From the human T2T-CHM13v2.0 reference genome, Homo sapiens, in the NCBI RefSeq assembly GCF_009914755.1, contig NC_060925.1: a stretch of 64,000 nucleotides of DNA. One strand, given 5' to 3'. The notes below the pieces were generated by a model. It did no database searches, had not been told where the DNA came from, and saw only the letters and a program-made list of their open reading frames with translations. This document shows positions 27,913 to 41,477 of the stretch, piece by piece (position 1 is the stretch's first letter; every line of letters begins with the position of its first letter). A program made the translations under genes and the position numbers.

Positions 27913-28959
27913 AGCGGAATTTACCTAAGCAGAGACTCTCTTTGAAGCAGCCTGTGGGTCTGGTTGGTCTCCGCGTTTCTACATATTTGGCCCTAAAACC
28001 GGCACGACTTTTATCGTCTCTGTTGTTGGATCTCTGCAGTACAAAGAGTCACCTGGTCACTGATTCTCTGCCTGGACCTTGGATAGACCATTGGGACACA
28101 TCTTGCGATGGAGTGCGACTCAAGCAATGACATTCCTGAAAGGAGAGAAGCTGTGGGGTTGGGCGGACACACGCAATGTTGGGGAACTGGGACCCAGGGA
28201 GAGGGGAGACGTGTGAGAAGGAACCCACGTGCAGATGAGGGGAGCTGCAGAGAGGGGCCTCGGACCTTCCTGTTGAGGAAAGCCCAGTCTTTAGTGGTCT
28301 CGGCAAATTAAAGGATTGGCCCCGAGTGGAGAGCAGCATATCCCCAAAACTCATTTCTATCAGCCCTGTTTGTTTTACACTGCACCAGGCAAATCTTCTG
28401 TCCACGGGATTCTTTTTAATGCTTCTCTTTAAGCAGCGTGGTGGGGAGGCCATGGCGATCATTAGCTCTGGAGGCCTGGGGAGGACACTCTGAAGAAGAA
28501 AGCCCTGCGATTATCCGGTTTCACCCTGTTTTCATCTACTCTTTGCCTCAGCGAAGTTTATATTGGGTCCTCTATGTTACATCACAGCTGCTGCACTGGC
28601 GGATTAAGAGCCGCTGACAAGTCTCTTTCGGGAAGGGGTAAGAAGCGCAGCTGGCCCAGAGCCATGGAGAGAGACGCAAGAGCAGAACCGAAAATACTTT
28701 CCTCCTTCTTGTTCTCTCTCTGCTATTGGTGAACATCAACCTTCCACACAAACCGGTTCAATACTGCCTTGGTCTCTACAGGAGGTTTACCAATTTTTAC
28801 AGTTCCCGTAAGCCATGTTTTCTTCTCGTTTCTACAGTTCTTCCAGGGTTGAGTTTCAGGAGCTGGTCAGCAGTCCAGACTAGTTCAACATCCTGGTTCA
28901 AAACCATTTGTCTCGTTTCGCTACTAGGGTAAAGCTTGCCTCCTAGACCAGAGTTAAGA

Positions 28960-30710
28960 CGTGTTCCCTCGGCTTCTGTTTTCTAGAGAGAATTGGCATA
29001 GTTTCTTCCTTAAATGTTTGGTAGTGAAACCATCTAGACCTGGTGCTTTGTTCTGGAAGGTTGTTAATTGTTGCTTCAATTGCATTAATAGATAGAGACC
29101 TATCTAGGTTGTCTATTTCTCCTTGTATGAGTTTTGGTCAACTTTATCTTTCAAGGACTTGGTCCAATTCATTGAAGTTATCAAATTTGTGAGCAGAGAA
29201 TTGTGCATAATAGTCCTCTACTATCCTTTTAATGTCCACGAGATCTGTAGTGAGGGTCATTGTTTTCTTTTTCATATTAGTAATTTGTACCTTTTCTCAT
29301 TGTTTCTTGGCTCACCAGCTAAAGGTTTATCAATTTTATTGGTCCTTTCAAAGAACACTCTTTAGGTTTTGTTGACATTTTTCTAATGATTTCTGGTTTT
29401 CAATTTCCTTGATTTCTGCTTTAGTGTTTATTGTTTCTTGTCTTCTACTCACTTTGGACTTGATTTGCTCTTGTTTTCTGTGAGTTTCCTAAAGTGCAAG
29501 TTTGGATTATTGATTTTAGATTTTTATTTGTAATATTTAATCTTTTAAAATCCATTATTATTTTACTTTTTGTACAGTAATTCTTTTAGTGTAATATAAT
29601 TTTGTTCTGGTAAAAATTTCAGTTTTATTTTATGTACCAAGTGTACATGTATAGGATTGTTACATGGATATATTGGACCCAGGTAGTTCACATAGTACCC
29701 AATAGCTAGTTTTTCAACCCACTCTCCCTCCCTCCCTCCCTACCTCATGGTAGTCCACAGTGTCTACGGTTCCCAGGTTTATGTCTGTGTGAACTCAATA
29801 TTTAGGTTCCGCTCCTAAGTGAGAACATTCGGTATTTCATTTTCTGATTCTGCATTAGTTTCCTCCAGAGTATGGCCTCCTCCTCTCTCCATGTTATTGC
29901 AAAAGACATGATTTCATTCTGTTTTATGGGTGTATAGTATTCCATGTTGTATATATACCACATTTTCTTTATTTAATCCACCACTGATGGGCATCTAGCT
30001 TGATTCCATGTCTTCGCTATTGTGAATAGCCTGGTGATAATCATAGGAGTGCATGTGTCTTTTTCTTTTAATGATTTACATTTCTTTGAGTATATACCCA
30101 GTAACGAGATTACTGGTTGAATAACAGCTCTGTTGTAGGTTCTTTGAGAAATCTCCAAACTGCTTTCCACAGTGACTGAACTAATTTACATTCACTCCAA
30201 GCATTTATAAACTTTCTCTCCAGAGCCTTATTAGCATCTGTTGGTTTTTGACTTTTTAATAATGGCCATTCTGAGTGATGTGAGATGGTATCTCATTGTA
30301 GCTTTGATTTGCATTTCTCTGATTATTAGTGATGATGAGCATTTATTCCTGTGTTTGCTGGCTGCTTGGATGTCTTCTTTTATGAAGTGTCTGTTCATGT
30401 CTCTTTGCCCACTTTTTAATGGGATTTTTTTTCTTGTTGATTTTTTTAAAGTTCCTTATAGATTTTGGACATTAGACCTTTGTCAGATTCACAGTTTGTG
30501 AATATTTTCTCCCATTCTGTCGGTGGTCTGTTGACTCTGTTGATGGTTTCTTTTGCTGTGCAGAAGCTCTTTCATTGAATTAGGTCTTACTTGTGAATTT
30601 TTGTCTTTGCTACAATTGCTTTTGTGGACTTGGCCGTAAATTCTTTGCCACGGCTGATGTTGAGAATGATATTTCCTAGGTTTTCTTCTACGGTTTTTCT
30701 GCTTTGAGGT
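28960..30710 (-). mobile_element. L1 fragments (old L1M ~28960-29560; L1PA/PB 3' end ~29610-30710)
   Basis: Antisense L1 ORF2-end/3'UTR motifs (GTGAGATGGTATCTCATTGT, TGCTGTGCAGAAGCTCTTT). Confidence 0.85.
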
Positions 30711-30874
30711 CCCAGTATATATTGTGTCATTGCAAATGACAACCAACCAGAAACTAATCATTACAAGCCAAGAAAGGGAACTTATTGGTGACCAGGAAAA
30801 ATGTCCAACAAATGAAAATTAGTAAAAGAGATTCCTGGGTGTCTTTTTCTGTAAAGCCTGGGGCATTGTTGTCT

Positions 30875-31050
30875 GCAGAGTTCACATTTTCTGTAAAGGG
30901 CCAGGGAGATAGGAAGTATTGTAGGCTTCTGAGCCAAGAGGCAAAATTAAGGATATTATGTAGGTGCACATATAACCAGGAAGAAAACAAATTTCTAAGC
31001 CATTTTTATTGATGAGATTCTAAACTAACAATAGCAACTGAGTAGAACTT
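30875..31050 (+). mobile_element. MER58-family DNA transposon fragment
   Basis: TTTTCTGTAAAGGGCCAG...GAGCCAAGAGGCAAAATT...GGATATTATGTAGGT. Confidence 0.65.
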
Positions 31051-31469
31051 CTCAGGTGGTAAATGTTCGCTGCATTGAGAGCCTAGGCTCAGCTTTCCTA
31101 GAATCCCTGGTACAGCCCTCCCTTTCCACCCCTTAGGCTGTTTCCTCCCTGTTTTCCTCAGAAGAGTTCCATACAAAAGACCTACTACTCTGAGAAACAG
31201 TGAAGTACTCCTGGGGCCCACCAAAGCACACGAGTCAAGAAGTGGATGGCCTTGTCCCAGCTATGGCTCAGATCACCTTTGCAGGATGACATCTTGTTGG
31301 GAGATTGTCATCAGAGCCAGGGACATGGAAGATGCTGTCAGAAGGATGAAAGGACTGGTGCCCAGGGGGAGAAGTGGCCAAGCAACTCTGCATTCAGCCT
31401 CACAAAAATCTCAAGGGGATGTAGAAATGGGAACAGGGCGAATGGAAAACTCTTTCAAGCAGGGTTTTG

Positions 31470-31620
31470 GGGTCCTGAGCTGATCTCTATTTTTCCTCCT
31501 ACAACCTGCCGCACAGGCTATTTTCTCACCTCTGTGGATGGAAACTGCATCCTTCCATATGCTCAGTCCAAAAATCTTTGAGTTTTCTTTGACTGCTGAT
31601 CTTTCCTTCACACCCTATAG
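31470..31620 (+). mobile_element. L2 fragment
   Basis: ATGGAAACTGCATCCTTCCA...GCTCAGTCCAAAAATCTTTGAGT L2 3' motif. Confidence 0.6.
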
Positions 31621-31994
31621 CTGTTTAGTCAAGAATTCACATTATGCTGAGCATCAGGTGTGCTCCTTAATCCACACCATCCTTTTCCCCCAGTTTATAA
31701 AACTTGTAAAGTCATTCTCCTGATAAAGACAATAGGATTTCCATGAAATTGCACAATTTTTATCCTTCCTGGATACATGACTCATGTAAGAGCTCTGCTA
31801 TTGTTTGCTACCATTTCCCCCTATTTTTATTTCATACCTGTTTGACCTGCATTCTTTCCCATAAGCCAGGCACTTCAGCTCAGGTGTGCTTTCCTAATCA
31901 TAGAATTAGCAATAGCAGCCTTGCTAACAACTTCTTCCTGGCCCCACCACCAGGCAAATGTCACAGGATTTAATAGGTAAAGAATCGTAGGATC

Positions 31995-32293
<299 letters not shown>

Positions 32294-32319
32294 AGAATCA
32301 TAGGATCGTGCCTATTACT

Positions 32320-32718
32320 CGGTTTTATAAAATGAATTGTTTTCCCCTGAATTCATATGTTGAAAGCTTAACCCCCAACTTGACTGTATTTAGAGATAGA
32401 GTCTTTAAGGAGGTAATTAAGGTTAATTAGGCCATACAGTTGGGGTCCTAATCTGGTCAGAATGGTGTCCATATAAGAAGAGGAAGGGCATCAAAGAATC
32501 TGTCTCTTTCTCCACACAGGCACAGAGGAAAGGCTATGGGAGCACAAAGCAAGAAAGTGGACTTCTGCAAGCCAGGAAGAAAGGCCTCCCCAGAAACCAA
32601 CTCTGTGAGCACATCGATCTTTGACTTTTGGCCTCCAGAATATTGAGAAAATAAAAGTCTGTTGTTAAACCACCCAACCTATGGTATCTTTCTATGGCAG
32701 CCTGAGCTGACTAATACC
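32320..32718 (+). mobile_element. MLT1 (MLT1B-like) solo LTR
   Basis: AATTCATATGTTGAA...GTAATTAAGGTTAA...GCAAGCCAGGAAGA...GCAGCCTGAGCTGACTAATAC. Confidence 0.85.
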
Positions 32719-33845
32719 CTTGGTAGGTGGGTGGCAGTCACCTTACTGGGCTACATGATGTGAAGTTAAAGTAACTTTAGCAATAGGCACCATGTAATTT
32801 CATTGTATAGATATTATGTCTTTTGCACTGATATTGCTTTTTTAGTTGTATGTATATTGATGCCTGGGCCTAGCATTACAAGACCAGTCAAAATGGGAAG
32901 AAAGAAAAGAAGGTGGGAAAGATACCAAGTTCCATAATTGCATCCTCTACCCACATCCAGTTCTTAGAATCTTTTCTGCTGGAGGCTGCACCTTGTGTAC
33001 ACTCAAATTCAATCTGAGCACACAATCATTTAAACAACCAAGGCAACTTTTCCAATTTTCAGCATCACGCGCTTGAGGAAACAAGTATTTCATCACTAAT
33101 TTAATATTCATTGAGATAATTGTTCTCAGGTTGATGAAAAATGTGGTGTATCCATTTACTGTTGTCTTCTTCTGGGTGAAGAATGTTGCCTTTACTCTCT
33201 AGCTCACATTTGACCAGAAACTGGAGTCCCAGCAAATCTTAGTAGCCACTTAGGAAGCCTATTTTAAGATATTCCCAATCTCAAACTTGTTCTAAGACTA
33301 GTATGCTTATTGAGGAGAAAGAGCTTCATGACAAAAATTCAACTAGAGCTGTGGGTGACAGTTGTGTGTTTCAGTGCTGGTCTGGGCCCAGGTTTCCCAT
33401 GAGCACCTAATGAATAGGCTCATTTGCAGAGATCGTCAAGGTGTTCACTATGTCTCTCTCACAGCCTCAAAAGAAGTGATCGGCTAAAAGAATTTGTGTA
33501 GTATCCTGAAGGGAAATTAGTCCAGAAATAGAGGACAAGATAAGGATTTTATAAAACAGACATGTGATTCAACAGTTGTTTAAGATGTAGAAAGCTGCAA
33601 GAGACAGTTGTTCCCACTCTAATGACAAGAAAAAGCTGTATGGTCTGCAAAATCATATGTGTTTTGATCCCACCAGAGAGCTGAAGTTGCAAGGCCCCTG
33701 AGTCAGCTGAAGTCCAAAGCATGAGAAACCCCCCTACAGAAGGACAAACAGATGAAGCAGTTCATCTTTAACAGATAATGGAAGGAAAAGATGGAAGCCA
33801 TAAATGTTGGTTGGAGAAAAATCACTGAAGTTTTCATCATTTCTT

Positions 33846-34128
33846 TAGTTTTTTTTTTTTTTTTTTTTGATACGGAGTCTCACTGTTGCCCAGGCTGGAG
33901 TGCAGTGGCGCGATCTTGGCTCACTGCAGGCTGCACCCCCCGGGGTTCACGCCATTCTCCTGCTTCAGCCTCCCTAGTAGCTGGGACTACAGGTACCCGC
34001 CACCCCGCCCGGCTAATTTTTTGTATTTTTAGTAGAGACGCGGTTTCACCGTGTTAGCCAGGATGGTCTCGATCTCCTGACCTCGTGAACCACCCGCCTC
34101 AGCCTCCCAAAGTGCTGGGATTACAGGC
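33846..34128 (-). mobile_element. AluY, slightly 5'-truncated
   Basis: AluY diagnostics (GGTTCACGCCATTCTCC, CCGTGTTAGCCAGGATGG); perfect TSD TTCATCATTTCTT. Confidence 0.92.
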
Positions 34129-34619
34129 TTCATCATTTCTTAAAGGCCAAGTGTGAACTATTGTGACAGCTTAGAATCTCTGAGAGTCCCAGACACATAG
34201 CCTGTTTTGCCCATTTACTGGGTCTTTCCTCCCACGTACTTAGTGCTGATAAGACACATGTAGCAGGGAAAGAGAATTTCTCGAGCTTGCCACAGTGGTG
34301 TAGGCATATAAGTCATGAATGCATGATAGAGCACCACCAGAGCACAGGCACAAAACGTGGTTGCTTCTCTCACATAAAACAAAAGGCATCTACCACTGAT
34401 GTTGGAGCTAGAAACCTGTCCAACCCTTGCCCCCAGGTATAGGCCAGCTGCTGAGGCAGAGTTAGACACAAAAGCTGTCTATACTGGACAAGGGGAGGAG
34501 ACCTGCTCTTGCCCAAGACTTCCCATCATTGAAAGGTAGAGTTCCACCACTCCCAGGGGATGTCATAGGAACACTAGGACTCAGGCACCCATGGCCTGAG
34601 GTTTGGTACACATTCAGTG

Positions 34620-37600
34620 CTATCAGTAATATGAGTTGGTTTCAATCGATCATTTGAGTTGGTTGCAGACCCTTTCCTTTAGTGAGGAAAAACTGTGATG
34701 TGGGTACAAAGTTTCCACGTTTAGGAAAGATTGGCCCGTCCTTCAGGATATTATATTGATTGGATTTCTCTCAACCTCCTTTAGTTGTGTTTACCGTTAT
34801 TAAAATTCAGTGACATTCACTTGGATGAGGTGGTAATAAAAACAAGTTGTGAGAATTTCTAGTGATTTTTGATCCCAAGCCATGTATCACTGTTGGGCCT
34901 TCATGTGTGTACTTGAAAACAAAACATGTACAATTGTCGCACTGGTTTGAAGATTTTAATGGTGAAAGCAACCTAATCAGTAATCAGTACTCTATCTAGA
35001 AACCAATCTTGGAAATATGTGATTATGCTCTTTTAAAATAGCTGAAAAGAAGGCCGGGTGTTCTGGCTCATTCCTACAATCCCAGCACTTTGAGGGGCCG
35101 AGTTGGGCAGATCACTGAAGGCCAGGAGTTCAAGGCCAGAAGCCTGGCCAAGATGATGAAACCCTGTCTTTACTAAAAACACAAAAATCAGCTGGGGGTG
35201 GTGGTGCACACCTGTAATTCCAGTTACTCAGGAGGCTGAGGCAGGAAAATCCCTTGAACATGGGACTCGAAGGTGGAGGTTGCAGTCAGCTGAGATCCTG
35301 CTACTGTACCCCAACCTAGGTGACAGAGGGAGATTCTGTCTCAAAATAAATAAATAAATAAAATAGCTGAAAAGAAATGACTCTGTGTTTATTCTCACTT
35401 TGTTCTTGTTTTGTTGTATAGTATTTAAATAAAAGCAGATTATTTATCCTCATACTGAATTTCCAAAACTGATATTTGCATTTAACATTTTGTTAAATGA
35501 TGGAGAGAAAATTTAATTGTCTTACTTTGAAAAGTTTGGCATAGGTTCTGTCACATTTTTGATGCTTTCAATCGCAGTCTGTCATTAGAATGCTGGCAAC
35601 TAGTTACATGCAAGGAGTATCCTAACCACTTTAATACAATGGTTTGAAGTGCTGCAGGCAGTAACTACTGGACACCAAATCACAGTGTTTTTATTGGTGA
35701 CATGTTAGAGAGAAATAGAACTTTCTGCAGTACAAATGTCCTATTAACAAATCCTTGTGCTATTAGCTTACAGGACATTGACTCCTGGGTCTGAAAAAGG
35801 CACCTACTCCTGCTAAATCTTGAATATTGACACCATTCAATGCCTCATCTTCAGACCCTGAGGAAGACGACAATCCAAATGAACTGCTTTCATGAGAAAC
35901 AGAACAAGAAATTGAAACAATTTAATCTCTCTAGACCCAACAATCCCACCTGCCCCCTTTTCCACCTCATGCCCCCTCTTCCTCTGGACAGAAGAGATGG
36001 GCACATGACAATGGTAAGGCCGGAGTCTGAGGGATAAGTTTAGTTCAGAGACTTTCTTTTCTTTCTCTTTTCTTTTCTTTCCTTCCTTCCTTCCTTTTTC
36101 CTTTCTTTCTTTCTTTTTTTTTTTTTTTTTTTTTGCATTTTTGGTAGACACAGTGTTTCACCATATTGCCCAGGCTAGACTCAAACTCCTAAGTTCAAGT
36201 GATCCACCCACCCTGGCCTCTCAAATTCAGAGATTTTCTATAAATTAGACATTACACTCAGGAGCACACTGATGCAAGGCCAGCAACTGGCCCCGTGTAT
36301 CAGAATAAGAGGGTTTTCTAGAGCGTTCATCTGATTTTTCATAGAAAAGTATAAAAGGTCATGAAAGGTTTTTGAAACTCTTACCTTATGGTCAAACTAA
36401 TTGTAATTAAATTTGTGTATAAGGTTTTATTAAAATTATCTTTAACATTTTAATACACCACACAAAGGTAAAATTTAGTTTTCTCTTTTGATCAAAATGT
36501 TTGTGTAATATTAATAATAGATAAAATATTTTTGTTTACCTTTTGGCTAAATGATTGACTATTATAAGGTGACCTGTGACCCTATTTTGTGATATCAAGT
36601 GTCTCAAAACTTTGATATCTGGCAAACTTTCTAAGAGTAAAATTTCTAAATTCAGCCCTTTGGACCTCAAATTAACTTTTTGGATATTAGGTTCTTGAAG
36701 TCCAAGAGAGATATATTAGGCTTCTTAGGCTTATTTGTTATGTAGAATTATGCATGAAGCATTGTCAAATCTGAGGTGGTGTTTCACTTCCTTTGGGTTC
36801 TATTGACACAGATGTGTTGTTAATGTGTGTTCCAGGATTGTATGAGATTCCTAGAGTTCTGATATGCTGTTGGTAATAATTATGATTATTACGTTAAATT
36901 GTTGTGTGCCACAGAACCAACCAAATTCCCTTGTCAACTGTATCTTTAACTATGGCTGTCTTAAGGCTTTTGTCATCCACAATTGTTGTTTTGCTTTGAT
37001 TCTTCTCAAAAAGTGACTTATAATCAGTCACAGTCCAGGCCTTGGTTTTTTGGGGAAGTCCATGAAAAGGACTCTTGGATGCAGGTTTCTGATAACTCTG
37101 GAGATCGTGCCATTAACTAAAGAGAAAATTTCCAGGGCACTAACAGAAAGGCTGATGTGTTCATAGAGATTGCTAGCCCAGTATGAAGCAAAGCAGGAGA
37201 TGATTGCATGGATTAAACTAATGGAGGACTGAAATAAGTTTTTATGGCCTTTGTTTGTTTGTTTGTTTGAAACATGGTTTATTCTTCAGAGTCTGGAGAA
37301 CTTTTTTCCTTTTGAGCTATTTATAGCCTGAAACAATTGAGTAGAATAGTCTTCTAAACAGAATTTGAGGCATATTTTTCTCTCTCTGCTGAATTTCTCC
37401 AGAATTTGTAAACTGAATATTCTTAATTCATGACAATGTGTTTATTTGCATAAGTTCAATAAGATTCTGTTTTCTTTTATAACCTGACACAGGTGGAGGA
37501 ATTGGTAATTTTCCCAGGGCTTTGCCTGAAATGTCATTGTGAAATGTTCCAGCAAAGCCCATTTAGGAGAGCCTATGTGAACAATGATTCTTGCTGCACT

Positions 37601-37878
37601 TTGTGTGGGTAATCAGGCCAAGTATATGGGACTGAAGCTTCTTTTGCAGGTAGGTTGGTCCTGCTGTGTTTTATCTTAGTGGAAATGGGGAACTGGAGAG
37701 AGGAAGGTTGTGTTTCAGGAGAAACCATGGTATTAGATGAATGTTTGATTCCTGGGTGGCCATGCGGTCACCCATGGTGTGGAGCTGCCCAGGATGCCCC
37801 TTCTCCACATGACACAGCCAGAAAGATGGATGACCAGATTCCCCATGATTGAGGAACTGACAAATAGAAAGTGGGGAC
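34620..37878 (+). mobile_element. MER4-group ERV1 internal sequence, interrupted by an Alu (35052-35359, +) and an Alu monomer (~36052-36225, -)
   Basis: AT-rich MER4-int-like text ending in a purine-rich PPT-like tract (AAATAGAAAGTGGGG) right before an LTR. Alu TSD AAAATAGCTGAAAAGAA. Left boundary uncertain. Confidence 0.6.
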
Positions 37879-38321
37879 TGAAATCGATGCAATAGTCCCA
37901 CAGACAGTGTTTTTGGATAGATGTAGAAATGGACCCTTCTAGTCTTAAAGCTTGAAACTTACATTTGTTTTATCTGAGTTCATTCCTCAGGAAAGGACCC
38001 TCAGCCTCTCAAAAAGCATCATAGACCTGAAACTCAGCAGATCACAGCATCCAGACAATGAGATGCCAGACCCCTCACTCATCATAAGTGCTTCCTCACC
38101 CCTCCAGTTCCTCTTTTCCTACTCACAGTTACGTTTCTTCCCTGCTACATAAACTCCTCACTTTAGTTGATCAGGGAGATTGATTTGAGACTGATCTCCC
38201 GTCTCCTCAGCTGCAGCACACAGTTAAAGCCTTCTTCCTTGGCAATACTCAATGTCTCAATGATTGGCTTTCTGTGAGCTGAGCCGCGGGCCTAGACCAA
38301 ACACCTGGGCTTTCAGTAACA
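37879..38321 (+). mobile_element. ERV1 3' LTR (MER66-like)
   Basis: TGAAA...GTAACA boundaries, preceded by a PPT; TCTTAAAGCTTGAAACTTACATTTG motif. Confidence 0.7.
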
Positions 38322-38815
38322 ATACATGTACACTTTTAAAGCCTGCAATTAATGGGTCATGAGATATTGAGAAATTGGAATGACATCAACTTGGCCAATT
38401 CTGAGAAAATACACTGTGCTTAAATGTCAGGGCCCCGCCTCCTGACCTTGACAGTATATGGTTGATTTTGAGTCATAGCAGGTGAGTATGGCCTGGTTTG
38501 AGTGTTTTATAGAAATATATAATATGGCTGATTGCATTTATTTTAAATCCAAAAAATTTCCATTTCTGGTGAGCAAATTTTGTTAAAACCAACCAAACAA
38601 ACAAACATAGAAGTATATGAACAAGACAATGAATGATTCCCTGCCTCCCAATCTCATTTGATTGCTGTCTTCTGTTATATACTACAGGGAAGAAGGGGGC
38701 AAGGCACCCAGGATGTCCCATGTCCTGTTTTGACAATCATCTGGCCTCCTTGGGCAAACAGAAAAGAAGGAAAGCATCAAGAAAATAACAGAAATTTTGC
38801 AGAAATTTCATCTCC

Positions 38816-39101
38816 GGTCTGGGCGCAGTGGCTCACACCTGTAATCCCAGCACTTTGGGAGGCCAAGGTGGGCAAATCACTTGAGGTCAAGAGTTCAATA
38901 CCAGCCTGGCCAACATGGCAAAACCTCATCTCTACTAAATATACAAAATTTAACCAGGCATGGTGGCCCACGCTTGTAATCCCAGCTACTGGGGATTACA
39001 ATCACTTGAACCCAGCAGATGGAGGTGGCAGTGAGGAGAGATCACCCACTGCCACTGCACTGCACTCCAGCCTGAGCAACAGAAGGAAACTCTGTCTCAA
39101 T
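38816..39101 (+). mobile_element. Alu with expanded microsatellite tail
   Basis: TSD GAAATTTCATCT/GAAATTTCACCT encloses the Alu and the purine tract. Confidence 0.9.
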
Positions 39102-39104
39102 GGA

Positions 39105-39155
<51 letters not shown>

Positions 39156-39182
39156 GAAGGAAGGAAGGGAAGGAAGGAAGAA

Positions 39183-39246
<64 letters not shown>

Positions 39247-39323
39247 AGGAAGGAAAGAAAGAAAGGGAGAGAGAGAGAGAAAAGAAAAGAAAAGAGGAAG
39301 AAACGAAGAAAGGAAGAAAGAAA
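39102..39323 (+). repeat. Compound (GAAA)n/(GGAA)n/(GA)n polypurine tract
   Basis: ~220 nt of purines with a single C. Confidence 0.97.
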
Positions 39324-39603
39324 TTTCACCTAGGCACAGGAAACTCTATGACAGAGGCTTCAGGGGCTCTTCTCTGGCCCTAAACTCGCAGTGGATTTTT
39401 GCCTCATTTTCCGAGGTGCAAATGAAATGATAGAAGTCGATCAAAGGAGAGGGCAGAGAGAAAGCAAGAAGGATGGCTCCTTCCTGCAGGTCCACCTTCC
39501 TGGAGTGTTGCTTGTGGGATAATAGAAATGCCTTGACATGGGTGGGTGGGAACTATTGCTACTTATTAGGAATTCAGACGCTTCTGGCAAATTCGCATTG
39601 TGA

Positions 39604-39675
39604 GGTTCCATGGTGTAATGGTAAGCACTCTGGACTCTGAATCCAGCGATCCGAGTTCGAGTCTCGGTGGAACCT
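39604..39675 (+). tRNA. TRQ-CTG4-1: tRNA-Gln(CTG), intact
   Basis: GGTTCCATGGTGTAATGGTAAGCACTCTGGACTCTGAATCCAGCGATCCGAGTTCGAGTCTCGGTGGAACCT. Complete cloverleaf and canonical A/B boxes. Isodecoder/locus number from memory. Confidence 0.95.
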
Positions 39676-40165
39676 TTCTGTTTAATTAGGAAGGCAATGC
39701 CGTGTTTTACTCCCTAAATGGAATGGGGATTCTGCTGACGTTCAGAAGCTCTGCGCTGCGGGCCTCCGTGTCCCTTCTGCTCCCGCTGTCTGAGCCTCGG
39801 GATGCACGCCGCTCTCCTCATCCCCTCTTCGGTGTTCGGGGTCCCAGAAACCGGGTTCTCACAGTGGCCCGGACCACAGGGAAATCGCCGAATCATCCAT
39901 TCGGGGTCAAAGAGCCTGGAGGATCCCCTTTCAGGGCCAGCCTCCTGGCACCCAGCAATCGGAGGCCCGGACTCGCCCCGCCAGGGACCCAGCGACCCAG
40001 CAAGTCCTCACCCCCTCTCAGGGCGACCCTAGGCCTCGGGGAGAGGTCTCCACTAAAAAGGCTGCCACCTCTCGATCCTAGACCCCGAGATTCCTTTCAC
40101 CCGGGAAATCTCTTAATCGCATCCTTTGTCATTTTGGTAAGTAAACGGTGGCGTGAGAAATTTTG

Positions 40166-40235
40166 ATGGGGTTAGCTCAGTCACTGGAGATTGTGTCTCA
40201 GTTTAGGATCGGTGGTTGGAGACCTAACTTGGGAG
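40166..40235 (+). pseudogene. Highly degenerate tRNA relic (Lys-like)
   Basis: TAGCTCAGTC A-box. The 3' part AGGATCGGTGGTTGGAGACCTAACTTGGGAG matches tRNA-Lys-CTT at 22/31 positions by hand; T6 follows 6 nt later. Confidence 0.5.
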
Positions 40236-41081
40236 TAGCACTTTTTTATTCGCATGGCCCATCCAATTCCGAATGTTAATTTATTCTGTTCTTCATATTC
40301 AGATTTTTATGCCGAATTTCTAGCTCCTACGTCTCTATTGCGGGCCCTAAAAGTCGCTGTTTCACTAAGCTTTGGAACCTGACTCCGGGAAATTTCATTC
40401 TTTCCTCCCAAGATCTCAGCCGGAAAGAGAGATCCGCGCGGGCTGGGAGCGCGGGTTCTGTTCCTCGGCCGCCCCGGCTGAACTCCCGCAGGACCACGGG
40501 GAAGAGGAGCCTGAGCAGCTCTGAGGGGCCAGTCTCTGACGGTGGGGCTCCCCCTCGTCCCGTCAGGACCCTGCCCCAAAGAGAAGACGCCTTAGAACGC
40601 TACCAGAGTTAAAAATGTTTTCTCCTGCGCTTCAGAGCACTTGGGATGAGGTTCCTGATGGGTCTTGGGAGTGAACTAAGATGTCACTCCAGGCGCTCAG
40701 GACCATCGCTCTGATTTTCATATTTTGGGGCTGAGAGCGGTTACGAAGGACTGAAAAACACCGCAGTCTTTGAGGGGCTCAGTTTGGAGGACGAGCTGGG
40801 GGAGGGGGGCGGTGAGAAGACGCCTTCTTGGCTCCTTGGAGTGGACTGGCAGGTAAGGAAAAATAAACTCCGTTTCCCCTTGCAGGCTACACTGCAGGGC
40901 CTGGGATGGACAATTGGACAGTCAAAGAGTAACAATATTTATGTAGAGGTTGGCTGCATGCATTAAAAATTGTTATCCCTACAGATAAGTGTAGGAAGGG
41001 ACCACGGCACTGCGGTTCACCACCAGCTTTGCAGCATATGTAACTATGAAAACAGTGTATAGTGCATAAAAAATTCATTCC

Positions 41082-41177
41082 TGTTCACAAATAATTGATC
41101 ACAACCAGTTACAGGTTTCTTTGTTCCTTCTCCACTTCCACTGCTTCACTTGACTAGCCTTACAGGAAAAAAAAAAA
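41082..41177 (+). pseudogene. Y3 RNA (RNY3) retropseudogene, 5'-truncated
   Basis: TAATTGATCACAACCAGTTACAGGTTTCTTTGTTCCTTCTCCACTTCCACTGCTTCACTTGACTAGCCTT matches hY3. A-tail and imperfect TSD AAAAA(T)TCATT. Confidence 0.92.
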
Positions 41178-41199
41178 TCATTTGTAAATATGATATTGT

Positions 41200-41404
41200 T
41201 TCAGTTGATCCTCAGCCCGCCCGTTCCCCACCCCCTGAAAGTAGCTGGAATAACAGGTGTGCTAATTTTTGTATTTTTAGTAGAGACAGGGTTACGCCAT
41301 TTTGGCCAGGCAGCTCTCGAACTTAAGAACTCAGGTGATCCGCCTGCCTGGGCCTCCCTGAACCTCTCTGCTGGGATTACAGGCATGAGCCACCCCACTT
41401 GGCC
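41200..41404 (-). mobile_element. Alu fragment
   Basis: Alu left arm plus part of the right arm. Confidence 0.8.
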
Positions 41405-41477
41405 ATCATTTGTATTTTGAATTTAAATATTTTGTAGTCATCACTCTTCAAAGATTCTGGGTTTTGTTGCATGTGCA

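Noticed and set aside
33575-34600. Possible unique regulatory sequence around the AluY
   Set aside because: Resembles an old L1 5'UTR, but I cannot assign it confidently; left unannotated.
38658-39383. Longest ORF (241 aa, K/E/R-rich)
   Set aside because: Translation of an Alu plus the stop-free GAAA tract; not a gene.
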